From Oryzomonas sp. (GTDB lineage Bacteria > Desulfobacterota > Desulfuromonadia > Geobacterales > Pseudopelobacteraceae): a stretch of DNA of 64,000 nt. The position numbers and the translations under genes are program-made. Under the pieces are notes generated by a model. It did not search any database and was not told the origin of the DNA. It saw only the letters and a list, made by a program, of their open reading frames with translations. Below, piece by piece: positions 28,325 through 37,784 of this stretch (position 1 is the first letter of the stretch; each line of letters starts with the position of its first letter). The stretch lies in NCBI RefSeq assembly GCF_031292255.1, contig NZ_JARLHN010000012.1. One strand, given 5' to 3'.

Positions 28325-28327
28325 CGT

Positions 28328-29401
28328 CTGGCGGATGATTCCGACAAACATTCCAAAACAGAACAGCCGACGGCAAAAAAGCTCACCGAAGCACGGAAAG
28401 AGGGGGCTCCGCCCAGAAGCCAGGTGCTCACCTCGTCGCTCACGCTCCTGGCCGGGATTATAAGCATTTACGTCTTCGGCAGCTACATCATGGACGGCCT
28501 GAAAAAAAACATGGTTGCAATCCTGAGCACCATGGGAGGTTTCGACCTGACCGAGTCCAGCATGTACGCGCTCTCGCTCAAGCTCTTTGCGCTGGTTATC
28601 ATGCTGCTCGCCCCCTTGGTGAGCACCATCATCATAACGGCGATGATGTCGAACATCATTCAGGACAACGGGCAGTTCGATATCCGTGCCGAGCGTCTTG
28701 GATTTAAATTCTCGAAGCTCAACCCGATAAACGGCCTGGGCAGGCTCTTCAATCGGGATTCGTTGCTGGAGATAGTGAAATCGCTTCTCAAACTCCTGGT
28801 GGTGGGTATCATAACATACCGGGTGATGAAGGATGAAAGCCAGAACATCGCGTTTCTGGCCGAGGCCGACATTGAAACGATCGTCAACTATGTGGGCCAT
28901 GTTGCGTTCGATATCATCACCCATGCCTGCGGCGTCCTGATTGTGTTCGGCGTTCTGGACCTGATGTACGTCAAGTGGCGCTACCTGGACAAGCTTAAAA
29001 TGACCAAGCAGGAGGTAAAGGAGGAGGCAAAAGAGCAGGACCTGGCGCCGGAGGTCAAGAACAGGATCAAGAGGCAGCAGTTCCAGATGGCTCGGCGCAG
29101 GATGATAAAAATCATTCCGACCGCCGATGTTGTCATCACCAACCCTACCCACTATGCCGTAGCCCTCAAGTATGACCGGGAGCGGATGCTGGCCCCGGTG
29201 GTCATCGCCAAGGGGGTTGACGTGATGGCCCAGGCCATCAAGAAGATCGCCAGGGAGCATAAAATCATCCTGGTGGAAAACCGGTTTCTGGCGCGGGAGC
29301 TCTATGACCAGGTAGGCGAAAATGAACCGATCCCCGAGTCGCTGTATGCCGCGGTTGCAGAGGTTCTTGCCTATGTGTACCGCCTCAAGGGCAAGATGTG
29401 A
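28328..29401 (+). CDS. flhB: Flagellar export switch protein FlhB (apparent CTG start)
   Basis: Conserved N-terminus (L)ADDSDKHSKTEQPTAKKL lies upstream of the ORF-track start; NPTH autocleavage motif present. Confidence 0.93.
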   Translation: MADDSDKHSKTEQPTAKKLTEARKEGAPPRSQVLTSSLTLLAGIISIYVFGSYIMDGLKKNMVAILSTMGGFDLTESSMYALSLKLFALVIMLLAPLVSTIIITAMMSNIIQDNGQFDIRAERLGFKFSKLNPINGLGRLFNRDSLLEIVKSLLKLLVVGIITYRVMKDESQNIAFLAEADIETIVNYVGHVAFDIITHACGVLIVFGVLDLMYVKWRYLDKLKMTKQEVKEEAKEQDLAPEVKNRIKRQQFQMARRRMIKIIPTADVVITNPTHYAVALKYDRERMLAPVVIAKGVDVMAQAIKKIAREHKIILVENRFLARELYDQVGENEPIPESLYAAVAEVLAYVYRLKGKM

Positions 29402-29425
29402 TGTGTGGCCGTGCCCAAGGGAAAG

Positions 29426-29456
29426 GTCAATAAAATGACAAATTCAAGGATTTGAC
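29426..29456. promoter_or_regulatory. Tandem FleQ/FgrM-like enhancer boxes upstream of flhA
   Basis: GTCAATAAAATGAC (29426-29439) and TTCAAGGATTTGAC (29443-29456). Confidence 0.6.
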
Positions 29457-29542
29457 ACACGTGGTTGCCGCCGCCCGTGTCGCTGGGCGACTGTCCCTGC
29501 TGGCTGCGACGACTCTTGATGCCGTTTCAGGGGGGTTGCGTG

Positions 29543-29558
29543 CGGCATGGAAAATGCA
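29543..29558 (+). promoter_or_regulatory. sigma54 promoter of flhA operon
   Basis: CGGCATGGAAAATGCA: GG at 29544-45, 10 nt, GC at 29556-57. Confidence 0.7.
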
Positions 29559-29612
29559 TAAACCATATGAATTTTTTAGTTTTTGAAGAAAACATCCAAC
29601 AACGGAACCACC

Positions 29613-31697
29613 ATGGCAAACGGAACAACTGAAGCGATAGAATTGCGGGGCTTACGCAAAAATTCGGATATCTATGTGGCGATCGCCCTGATCGGCGTGC
29701 TTTCGTTGATGATCATTCCGTTGCCGGCATTTATCCTGGATCTGTTTCTGGCAACCAACATCACCATCGCCCTTTCCATCCTGCTGGTGTGCCTCTATAC
29801 GCAACACCCGCTCGATTTTTCCGTATTTCCTTCCGTCTTGCTGGTCACCACGCTTTTTCGCCTGGCCCTCAATATCGCTTCGACCCGCTTGATCCTGTTG
29901 CACGGCAGCGAGGGGGTTGAAGCGGCCGGGGCGGTCATCAAGGCCTTCGGACAGTTTGTGGTCGGCGGGAATTATGTGGTCGGGGCCGTTATATTCCTGA
30001 TTCTGGTGGTCATTAATTTTGTGGTCATCACCAAGGGCGCCGGCCGCGTGGCCGAGGTGACGGCCCGCTTCACACTCGACGCGATGCCAGGCAAGCAGAT
30101 GGCCATCGATGCCGACCTCTCGTCCGGCATGATAACCGAAAAAGAAGCCAAGGCACGGCGTATCAAGATCTCCCGCGAAGCCGATTTTTACGGGTCCATG
30201 GACGGCGCCAGCAAGTTCGTCCGCGGCGATGCCGTGGCCGGCATCATGATCGTGCTGATCAACATATTCGGCGGACTGGTCATCGGTGTATGGCAGCAGG
30301 GGATGCCTCTTCAGACCGCGCTGACCAATTATACCCTCCTGACGATCGGCGAGGGCCTGGTGGCCCAGATTCCGGCCTTGATCATCTCTACCGCCGCCGG
30401 CATCATCGTGACGCGCTCTGCCGACGAAAACAACTTCGGCATCGAGATTACCGGCCAATTCATGAACTATCCCAAGGCGTTTTACGTCTCGTCGGGGGTG
30501 TTGTTCCTGTTTGCCACAATCCCCGGTCTGCCGCATTTTGCATTCTTCATGCTCTCGGGCGCGACCTTCCTGGTCGGCAAGATGGCGCGGGAGAAGGCGC
30601 AGATTGTTGAGGATGCCGGCGCCTCCGAACCCGCCTCCGGCGAAGGAGAAATCGACCAAGCCTCTTCAATCCGGCCGGTGGACGTGCTTGAACTGGAGGT
30701 TGGTTACGGTCTTGTCCCGATGGTGGACGCCTCCCAGGACGGGGAATTGCTGGAGCGTATTCGTTCGATCCGCCGCCAGAATGCCCAGAAGATGGGGTTC
30801 GTCGTCCCCCCCATCCATATTCACGACAACCTGCAACTCAAACCGTATGAGTATAATCTGCTTATACGGGGAGCCCGTGTCGGCGGCAGCGAATTAACCG
30901 GCCAGTATCTGGCTATGGATTCGGGCGCAGTGACCTCGGCCCTGCCGGGAGCCGCCACCAAGGAGCCGGTCTTCGGGTTGCCGGCTGTCTGGATACGCTC
31001 CGATGATCGCGATAAGGCCCAGATCAATGGATATACCGTAGTTGACAGCACCACGGTGGTGGCGACGCATATCAGCGAAATCATAAAGCGTTACGCCCAC
31101 GAATTGGTGGGGCGCCAGGAACTCCAGCAGCTACTGGATAATGTTGCCGCCACCGCTCCCAAGGTCGTGGAAGAGTTGATACCCAGCCAACTCAACCTGG
31201 GAACGGTGCTGCGGGTGGTCAAGAGCCTGCTCAAGGAAGGGGTTTCGATCCGGGATTTGCGCACCATCCTGGAGAGTCTGGCGGATTATGCCGGTCTTAC
31301 CAAGGATCCGGATGTCCTGACCGAGTTTGTACGCCAAGGGCTTGGCCGTTTCATCGTCGATCAATACAAGCTGAATGACGACACCCTGTACCTGATCACC
31401 TTGGACCGCGAAGTGGAGGATATTATCGCCGAGGCCATTCAGCCGTCGGATCAGGGGAGTTTCCTGGCCATTGAGCCCAACGCCGCCCAGCAGATCATTG
31501 CCAAGATACGCTCCATGGCGGATCGTTTCGCTCCGAGCGGCGCCCAACCGGTGTTGTTGGCATCTCCCACCATCCGCCGGCATGTCAGAAAGCTGATCGA
31601 GCGTTTTGTGCCGCACATTGCGGTGCTTTCCCATAATGAAATTCCGCAGAATATAAAAATCCAGTCATTAGGGGTGGTGAGCGTCAATGCTGGTTAA
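29613..31697 (+). CDS. flhA: Flagellar export protein FlhA
   Basis: RFTLDAMPGKQMAIDADL, FYGSMDGASKFVRGDA, EPVFGLPA. Confidence 0.98.
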   Translation: MANGTTEAIELRGLRKNSDIYVAIALIGVLSLMIIPLPAFILDLFLATNITIALSILLVCLYTQHPLDFSVFPSVLLVTTLFRLALNIASTRLILLHGSEGVEAAGAVIKAFGQFVVGGNYVVGAVIFLILVVINFVVITKGAGRVAEVTARFTLDAMPGKQMAIDADLSSGMITEKEAKARRIKISREADFYGSMDGASKFVRGDAVAGIMIVLINIFGGLVIGVWQQGMPLQTALTNYTLLTIGEGLVAQIPALIISTAAGIIVTRSADENNFGIEITGQFMNYPKAFYVSSGVLFLFATIPGLPHFAFFMLSGATFLVGKMAREKAQIVEDAGASEPASGEGEIDQASSIRPVDVLELEVGYGLVPMVDASQDGELLERIRSIRRQNAQKMGFVVPPIHIHDNLQLKPYEYNLLIRGARVGGSELTGQYLAMDSGAVTSALPGAATKEPVFGLPAVWIRSDDRDKAQINGYTVVDSTTVVATHISEIIKRYAHELVGRQELQQLLDNVAATAPKVVEELIPSQLNLGTVLRVVKSLLKEGVSIRDLRTILESLADYAGLTKDPDVLTEFVRQGLGRFIVDQYKLNDDTLYLITLDREVEDIIAEAIQPSDQGSFLAIEPNAAQQIIAKIRSMADRFAPSGAQPVLLASPTIRRHVRKLIERFVPHIAVLSHNEIPQNIKIQSLGVVSVNAG

Positions 31698-33015
31698 AAC
31701 CTTTCAAGCAGCGAGTATGGCCGAGGCGCTCCGCATGGTTAAGGCCGAACTTGGCCCGGACGCCATGATTCTATCAACCAAGAAGGAGAACACCGGCGGG
31801 ATTCTGGGGTTTTTCAGCAAATCGGTGTATCGCGTGACAGCCGCGATCGATCCGGTGCCGAGACAGGCCCCGTCATCTGCACCTTCGCAAGGAACTCATC
31901 GTCCTCGGCCGGAGCGGGAACGGACGGCTAAAGAGGAGTTGGAAAGCTCCATGTTCGCGCCTCTGGCGCGGGAACTCAAGGAACTGCGGGAGAAGGTTGA
32001 CGCACTGTCCCGACGCGAAGACGACACAAAGAAACCCAGCAGGGAGGAAAATCAGGAAGAAGTGCCGCCGCTTGGCTTCAACCTCAAGAATGTCCCCCGT
32101 GGCGATCTGGAGGAAATCAAGAAGCTCCTGCTCAACACCCTGGCCAAGAGCCAGGAGGGTGTCGCCAGAACGGTGCAGTGGCCCGATGTGTCGGAGATCT
32201 CCCCGGCGGAGGCGCAAACCGCTCTGGAACTGCTGCCGGAGGACTCACCTCTTGCCCAGGAGTTGATCCAATCCGGCATTTCCACGGATCTGATCAGAAG
32301 GATTCTCGATACCCTCAGTACCTTGCCGGCCGAAGACGGCGGTCAGAACCTCAAAAGCCGCCTGGGTGCGACATTCTCAAAGCTGATAAAGTTTGCCGGC
32401 ACGCTCAAGATGCGCAAAAATTCTCCCCGTATCATTGCCCTGGTGGGGCCGACCGGTGTCGGGAAGACGACCACTACCGCCAAATTGGCCGCCATGTATG
32501 CCCTCAACCGCGGCAACAAGGTGGCGCTTATCACCATGGATATCTTTCGTGTGGGCGCGGTGGAACAGCTTAAGACCTATTCCCGCATCATGGGGATCCC
32601 CCTGGAGGTGGCCTCCACCCCCAAAGAGCTGGAAAAGGCCGTGGAAAAACATTCCGCCTGTGACCTGATCTTTATCGACACGGCCGGTAGAAGCCACAAG
32701 GACAAAGAGAAGCTGGACGAGATGAAGAACTTTCTCGACAACAAGATCCCCATCGAAGTCTACTTGTGCCTTTCAGCCACGACCAAAGACCGTGAGCTTG
32801 AGGAAATTCTCAACCGATTCAAGATTTTTCAGGTCAGCAAGGTGGTCTTTACCAAGATCGACGAGAGTGAGAGCTTTGGAAACATGGTCAACCTATTGAT
32901 GAAGGACAATCTTCAGATAGCCTACTTTACTACCGGGCAGCGGGTTCCGGAGGACATTGAGGTGGCGACCTCCGCCAAGCTGGCCGACATGATTCTGCGG
33001 GAGGCCTCCGAATGA
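31687..33015 (+). CDS. flhF: SRP-family GTPase FlhF
   Basis: GPTGVGKTTT, DTAG, TKID, TGQRVPEDI. Confidence 0.97.
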   Translation: MLVKTFQAASMAEALRMVKAELGPDAMILSTKKENTGGILGFFSKSVYRVTAAIDPVPRQAPSSAPSQGTHRPRPERERTAKEELESSMFAPLARELKELREKVDALSRREDDTKKPSREENQEEVPPLGFNLKNVPRGDLEEIKKLLLNTLAKSQEGVARTVQWPDVSEISPAEAQTALELLPEDSPLAQELIQSGISTDLIRRILDTLSTLPAEDGGQNLKSRLGATFSKLIKFAGTLKMRKNSPRIIALVGPTGVGKTTTTAKLAAMYALNRGNKVALITMDIFRVGAVEQLKTYSRIMGIPLEVASTPKELEKAVEKHSACDLIFIDTAGRSHKDKEKLDEMKNFLDNKIPIEVYLCLSATTKDRELEEILNRFKIFQVSKVVFTKIDESESFGNMVNLLMKDNLQIAYFTTGQRVPEDIEVATSAKLADMILREASE

Positions 33016-33944
33016 GTACGATACCCGGAATGGGCGATCAGGCCGATACCTTGCGCCAGATGGCACGGCAGAATCGCAAAAACACGCTGTCAGACCCGTC
33101 CAAGCCGCTTGCGGCCGGCGAAGACGACGATCGCGGTATTCGTGTCATCTCGGTGACAAGCGGTAAAGGCGGCGTGGGCAAGAGCAATGTGGTTTCCAAC
33201 CTGGCCATGGCCCTGTCTGCCCAAGGCAAACAGGTGTTGATCATTGATGCGGACTTGGGGTTGGGCAACCTGGACGTGCTGCTGGGGCTCTCGCCGATGT
33301 ATAATCTGAACAATGTGTTCAATGGCGAGAAGAGTATCAACGATATCATTATCGAAGGCCCTGCCGGCATTAAGGTCATCCCGGCCGGGTCGGGCGTTCA
33401 GGAGGTGACCAGCCTCAGCCAACACGACAGGCTCAGGCTGTTGGACGAACTCGACATGCTGGAAGAGCGGTTTGACATCATGATCGTGGATACCGAGGCG
33501 GGCATATCCGAAAACGTAACCTATTTCACCGCGGCAGCCCAGGAAATCATCGTCGTGGTCTCCCCCGAACCGACCTCCATAACTGATGTGTATGCCCTGA
33601 TCAAGCTGCTGGCAACACGCTATTCCGAGCATCACTTCAAGGTGCTGGTCAACATGGCCAAGGATAGCGAGGATGCTCTGGAGGTGTTCCGCAAGCTGGC
33701 CAACGTTGCCGGCCGTTTTCTCGACATTTCCCTGGATTATCTGGGCTGCGTCGTAAAAGACGAAAAGGTGGTCGAGGCGGTCAAGCGGCAAAGGGCAGTG
33801 TACGATCTTTTCCCGGAATCCGAGGCGGCCACCTGTTTTACCACTCTGGCACGGAGAGTCATCGAAAACACGCGCCAAACAAAACTCAAGGGAAATATCC
33901 AGTTTTTTTTCCGGCGGTTTCTCGACAACTCGACAGGCAGCTAA
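33012..33944 (+). CDS. flhG: MinD-like ATPase FlhG/FleN
   Basis: DQA N-terminal motif, SGKGGVGKS, DADLGLGN, PEPTSITD. Confidence 0.95.
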   Translation: MSTIPGMGDQADTLRQMARQNRKNTLSDPSKPLAAGEDDDRGIRVISVTSGKGGVGKSNVVSNLAMALSAQGKQVLIIDADLGLGNLDVLLGLSPMYNLNNVFNGEKSINDIIIEGPAGIKVIPAGSGVQEVTSLSQHDRLRLLDELDMLEERFDIMIVDTEAGISENVTYFTAAAQEIIVVVSPEPTSITDVYALIKLLATRYSEHHFKVLVNMAKDSEDALEVFRKLANVAGRFLDISLDYLGCVVKDEKVVEAVKRQRAVYDLFPESEAATCFTTLARRVIENTRQTKLKGNIQFFFRRFLDNSTGS

Positions 33945-33947
33945 GTC

Positions 33948-34697
33948 TTGAGCGCCAACAAACTACACAGTCCCTATGCCGAGTCTGAACCGGCATTGCG
34001 TGATACGCTGATCATGCAAAACATGCCCATGGTCAAGTATCTGGTGGGGCGGATCGTCCATCAACTTCCGCCGCATCTGGATCCGCAGGATTTGACGAGT
34101 GCGGCGGTAATTGGCCTGATAAATGCAGCAGACCGTTTTGACCCCGCGCGAGGGGTGTTGTTCAAGACGTTTGCAGAACAGCATGTGCGGGGAGCCATCA
34201 TAGACGAATTGCGCTCCTACGATATTTTGAGCCGTTCCATGCGCGAGAAGTACAAGCGCCTGGAGCGTGAAGTAACGATCCTCGAACACGCCCTGGGCAG
34301 GAACCCCACCAGCGAAGAGGTGGCCGGGGCACTTTCAATAAGTCTCGACAAATATTTTGACCTATTGGATGATGTACATGTGCTCACGTTTATCAGTCTG
34401 GACGATAGCTGGGAAGATGAGGATGGGAATTCGCTCTGTCTGTCGGATGTGCTGAGCGAGCAGGAAGAAAAGAGCCCGCAACACCAGGTTATGCGGATGC
34501 AGTTGACCAAAACGTTGGGGGACGCCATCGAAGCGCTGCCGGATAAAGAGCGGCTGGCTGTGACGCTCTATTACAATGAGGGGATGAGCCTCAAGGAAAT
34601 CGGCGCAACCATGGAATTGACCGAATCGCGCATATCGCAGATCCTCAGCCAGGCAATGGTCCGGTTGCGGAGCAAGCTGAAACTGTACAGAGATTAA
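33948..34697 (+). CDS. fliA: Flagellar sigma factor FliA (sigma28)
   Basis: GAIIDELR, LKEIG...LTESRISQ. Confidence 0.95.
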   Translation: MSANKLHSPYAESEPALRDTLIMQNMPMVKYLVGRIVHQLPPHLDPQDLTSAAVIGLINAADRFDPARGVLFKTFAEQHVRGAIIDELRSYDILSRSMREKYKRLEREVTILEHALGRNPTSEEVAGALSISLDKYFDLLDDVHVLTFISLDDSWEDEDGNSLCLSDVLSEQEEKSPQHQVMRMQLTKTLGDAIEALPDKERLAVTLYYNEGMSLKEIGATMELTESRISQILSQAMVRLRSKLKLYRD

Positions 34698-34713
34698 CAA
34701 GAGAGGAACCAAC

Positions 34714-35451
34714 ATGAACAGTGGCATGTATTCTGCGATTTCAGGTAACATTGCGGCCATGGATAAGTTGGATGTCATCAGCAACAACTTGGCCAACGTA
34801 AACACACCGGGCTTTAAAAAAGACAAGATGACCTTCGAGGTGCTGCTCTCCGGCGCTGCTGCGCAGCCGGCAGTCCCCCTGGGCAAAACCGCCGACCCGA
34901 TTATTCAAAAGGAAAATATTTACACCGATTACAGTGCAGGGCCGGTCAAGGAGTCCGGCAACACCTTTGACTTGGCAATTGACGGCACCGGTTTTTTCAC
35001 GGTGTCGACCCCTAACGGCGTGGCCTATACGAGGCAGGGCAATTTCCATCTGACGGCTGATGGAACGCTGGTGACAACCGATGGCTATCCGGTTATGGGG
35101 CAAGGGGGAGAGATCAAGATAACAGGGAGCAGGGTTGACGTTAATACAAAAGGTGAGATTACCGTTGACGGTACTGCGGCGGGCGTCATCAGCCTGGTGG
35201 ACTTTCCGCAACCCTACAAGCTGACAAAATCGGGGAGCGCGCTTTTCGTGCCGGCCGATCCCAAACAGGCAGCCCCAACGGCGACAACGGCGCAGGTTCG
35301 TCAGGGATATCTGGAGGGGGCCAATGTGGATCCGATCAGCGAAATGGTGCAAATGATCGAAACAAATCGCTATTTTGAAGCGTGCCAGCGGGTAATACAG
35401 GGGTACGACAATATGGCCGGCAAGGCCAGTAACGATCTTGGCAAATTATAA
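34714..35451 (+). CDS. flgF: Flagellar basal-body rod protein FlgF
   Basis: SNNLANVNTPGFKK, YTRQGNF, LEGANVD; precedes flgG. Confidence 0.92.
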   Translation: MNSGMYSAISGNIAAMDKLDVISNNLANVNTPGFKKDKMTFEVLLSGAAAQPAVPLGKTADPIIQKENIYTDYSAGPVKESGNTFDLAIDGTGFFTVSTPNGVAYTRQGNFHLTADGTLVTTDGYPVMGQGGEIKITGSRVDVNTKGEITVDGTAAGVISLVDFPQPYKLTKSGSALFVPADPKQAAPTATTAQVRQGYLEGANVDPISEMVQMIETNRYFEACQRVIQGYDNMAGKASNDLGKL

Positions 35452-35452
35452 C

Positions 35453-35485
35453 TAGTTTCCCTCCGGCGTTTAAAGATGGGAACTG
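35453..35485. repeat. Collapsed remnant resembling both ends of the 38877-39082 MITE-like element
   Basis: TAGTTTCCCTCCGG...GATGGGAACTG compared with element ends TAGTTTC(C/T)ATCCG(G/C) and GATGGAAACTA. Confidence 0.45.
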
Positions 35486-35524
35486 GTTGATATTGTTTAT
35501 ATAAATAAAAAAGGAGATAAAACC

Positions 35525-36313
35525 ATGTTACGTGCACTTTGGACAGCCGCATCGGGTATGCAGAGCCAAGAAACGAATATAGACGTAGTTGCCAACAACC
35601 TGGCCAACGTCAATACAACAGGTTTTAAAAAAAGCCGGGCCGATTTCCAGGATCTTATGTACCAGAATCTTAAGACCTCCGGTTCGCCTTCAACAACGAC
35701 CACCCAGGTGCCGACCGGCATCCAGATAGGTCTTGGTACCCGACTTGCGGCGGTCTCGAAATTATATACATCCGGTAATTTGACCCAAAGCGGCAACAGC
35801 TTGGATATGGCAGTTCAGGGTAACGGTTTCTTTCAGATTCAGATGCCTGATGGCACCACATCATATACACGGGCAGGCGCCTTCAAGCAGGACAGCCAGG
35901 GGCGGATCGTTACCTCGGATGGTTATCCGATGCTTCCCGAGATTGTGCTACCGACCAATGCGACCAATGTCAGCATCGGCAACGACGGCACCGTATCGGT
36001 GACCCTGCCGAGCCAGACCACTCCCACAACCGTGGGGACCATCCAATTGGCGTTATTCCCCAATCCGGCAGGGCTCTCGGCCCTGGGACAGAATCTGCTG
36101 ACCCAGACGGAGTCCTCCGGCAACGCCACAACCGGAACTCCCGGTCAAAACGGAATCGGAACACTTTCCCAGGGCTTTCTGGAGATGAGCAATGTTGATT
36201 TGGCAACAGAGATGGTCAACATGATTGTCGGTCAACGGGCATATGAGATCAATTCCAAGGCGGTGCAGGCGGCCGATCAGATGCTGCAGACCGCAAATCA
36301 AATGAAGAGTTAA
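35525..36313 (+). CDS. flgG: Flagellar distal rod protein FlgG
   Basis: MLRALWTAASGM, GFKKSRADFQDLMYQ, YTRAG, QRAYEINSK. Confidence 0.97.
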   Translation: MLRALWTAASGMQSQETNIDVVANNLANVNTTGFKKSRADFQDLMYQNLKTSGSPSTTTTQVPTGIQIGLGTRLAAVSKLYTSGNLTQSGNSLDMAVQGNGFFQIQMPDGTTSYTRAGAFKQDSQGRIVTSDGYPMLPEIVLPTNATNVSIGNDGTVSVTLPSQTTPTTVGTIQLALFPNPAGLSALGQNLLTQTESSGNATTGTPGQNGIGTLSQGFLEMSNVDLATEMVNMIVGQRAYEINSKAVQAADQMLQTANQMKS

Positions 36314-36341
36314 ATCATAGTATCATGAGGATTTCAACCAT

Positions 36342-37064
36342 ATGATTCAGCGTATTGTCGCCGTTCTGATTTGTTTGTTTTTGATGCAGCCGGTACTGAC
36401 CATGGCCGGTCAGCAACCGCCGGGGATTTCTGCGGACGATGGCCGCATCACGGAAGCGGTGACCGGGTATATTTCGCAAAAAACAGATCATCTTGGTCTT
36501 GAAATCCATATCAAACGCATGACCATCGGCGGACATCCCGTCCTTCCCGCGGGTCCGCTTGATTTCGAGTTTATTGCCCCACAGCAATGGGAGGGGTGGG
36601 GGTACGCGAATCTTGCGGTCATAGCACGGCAAGACGGTCGAGTGGTTCTCAATAGCTCGGTGCAGATTGAAGTCGAGGCGCTGTCAGACATGGTAGTAGC
36701 CGTGCGGCAGCTTGATAATGGTACGGTCGTTTCTGCAGCGGATGTTGCAGTACAGAAGCGGGATGTGGCCTCTGCGGGAGGAAAATTTACCGGCGACACC
36801 AGCATGGTCGTGGGCAAGCGTATAAGGACGTCCATCAGGGCCAATTCCGTTATTCGGACGGATCTGCTGGAAAAGGTTCCCCTAATAAAATCAGGCCAGA
36901 TGGTGACCATTATTGCCGAAAATGAGGTTATGAAGATTACGGTTGCCGGTCGGGCCAAAGGTTCCGGCGCAGAAGGGGATATTATCATGGTGCAGAACCT
37001 GAGCTCACTCAAGGACATCCCGGCCACGGTGGTTAACTCAACGACAGTGCGGGTAGAGTTTTGA
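36342..37064 (+). CDS. flgA: P-ring assembly chaperone FlgA
   Basis: Signal peptide, SAF domain, GRAKGSGAEGDIIMVQNLSS. Confidence 0.93.
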   Translation: MIQRIVAVLICLFLMQPVLTMAGQQPPGISADDGRITEAVTGYISQKTDHLGLEIHIKRMTIGGHPVLPAGPLDFEFIAPQQWEGWGYANLAVIARQDGRVVLNSSVQIEVEALSDMVVAVRQLDNGTVVSAADVAVQKRDVASAGGKFTGDTSMVVGKRIRTSIRANSVIRTDLLEKVPLIKSGQMVTIIAENEVMKITVAGRAKGSGAEGDIIMVQNLSSLKDIPATVVNSTTVRVEF

Positions 37065-37759
37065 TTAATAAGGGAAAAGGACGTTGTATGAAACGAAGTT
37101 TATATCTTTTGCTGGCAATGGCCTGCGCCGCATGCTCGGTACAGAAGGCCGAGATCAAGACGCCCAGATTCGATGAACAGATGACTCGGAAACCGGCAGA
37201 TTATTCCAACGGTTCCATCTGGCAGGCATCATCCAGGAGTATGACCGAGGATTTTAAAGCCTTTCAGCGTGGCGATATCATTACCATTATCATCTCGGAA
37301 ACATCCACTGCATCCAAACAGGCCAGCACCAACACGGAACGGACTTCGACGGTCACTGCGGGCATACCCAATCTCCTGGGGCTTGAAAAGCTCGGCGTAA
37401 TCGCTAATAACATGAATTTATCGCAACTGATCAATGCCACGGGCGATTCCAAATTTGCCGGCACCGGTTCCACATCCCGGCAGGACAACTTGACGGCAAC
37501 CATCTCGGCAAAAGTGCTCGATGTGCTGGCAAACGGCAATCTTCAGGTTGAAGGACGCCGCAATGTCAAGGTTAACGACGAAGACCAGGAAATTATCCTG
37601 ACCGGCACGGTGCGACCTGTTGATATAAGCCCAAACAATACCATCAATTCAATTTATGTGGCTGACGCCAAGATAAGCTATACAGGCCGAGGGGTTATCA
37701 CTGACCGGCAAAGTCCCGGATGGTTAATGAATATTCTTGACAAGATATGGCCTTTCTAA
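37061..37759 (+). CDS. flgH: Flagellar L-ring lipoprotein FlgH
   Basis: Lipobox AAC, GSIW, GDIITIII, GNLQVEG, PGWL...PF. Start may be ATG 37088. Confidence 0.95.
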   Translation: MINKGKGRCMKRSLYLLLAMACAACSVQKAEIKTPRFDEQMTRKPADYSNGSIWQASSRSMTEDFKAFQRGDIITIIISETSTASKQASTNTERTSTVTAGIPNLLGLEKLGVIANNMNLSQLINATGDSKFAGTGSTSRQDNLTATISAKVLDVLANGNLQVEGRRNVKVNDEDQEIILTGTVRPVDISPNNTINSIYVADAKISYTGRGVITDRQSPGWLMNILDKIWPF

Positions 37760-37784
37760 GGCACGTAGTTTAAAGGTGATTTGC

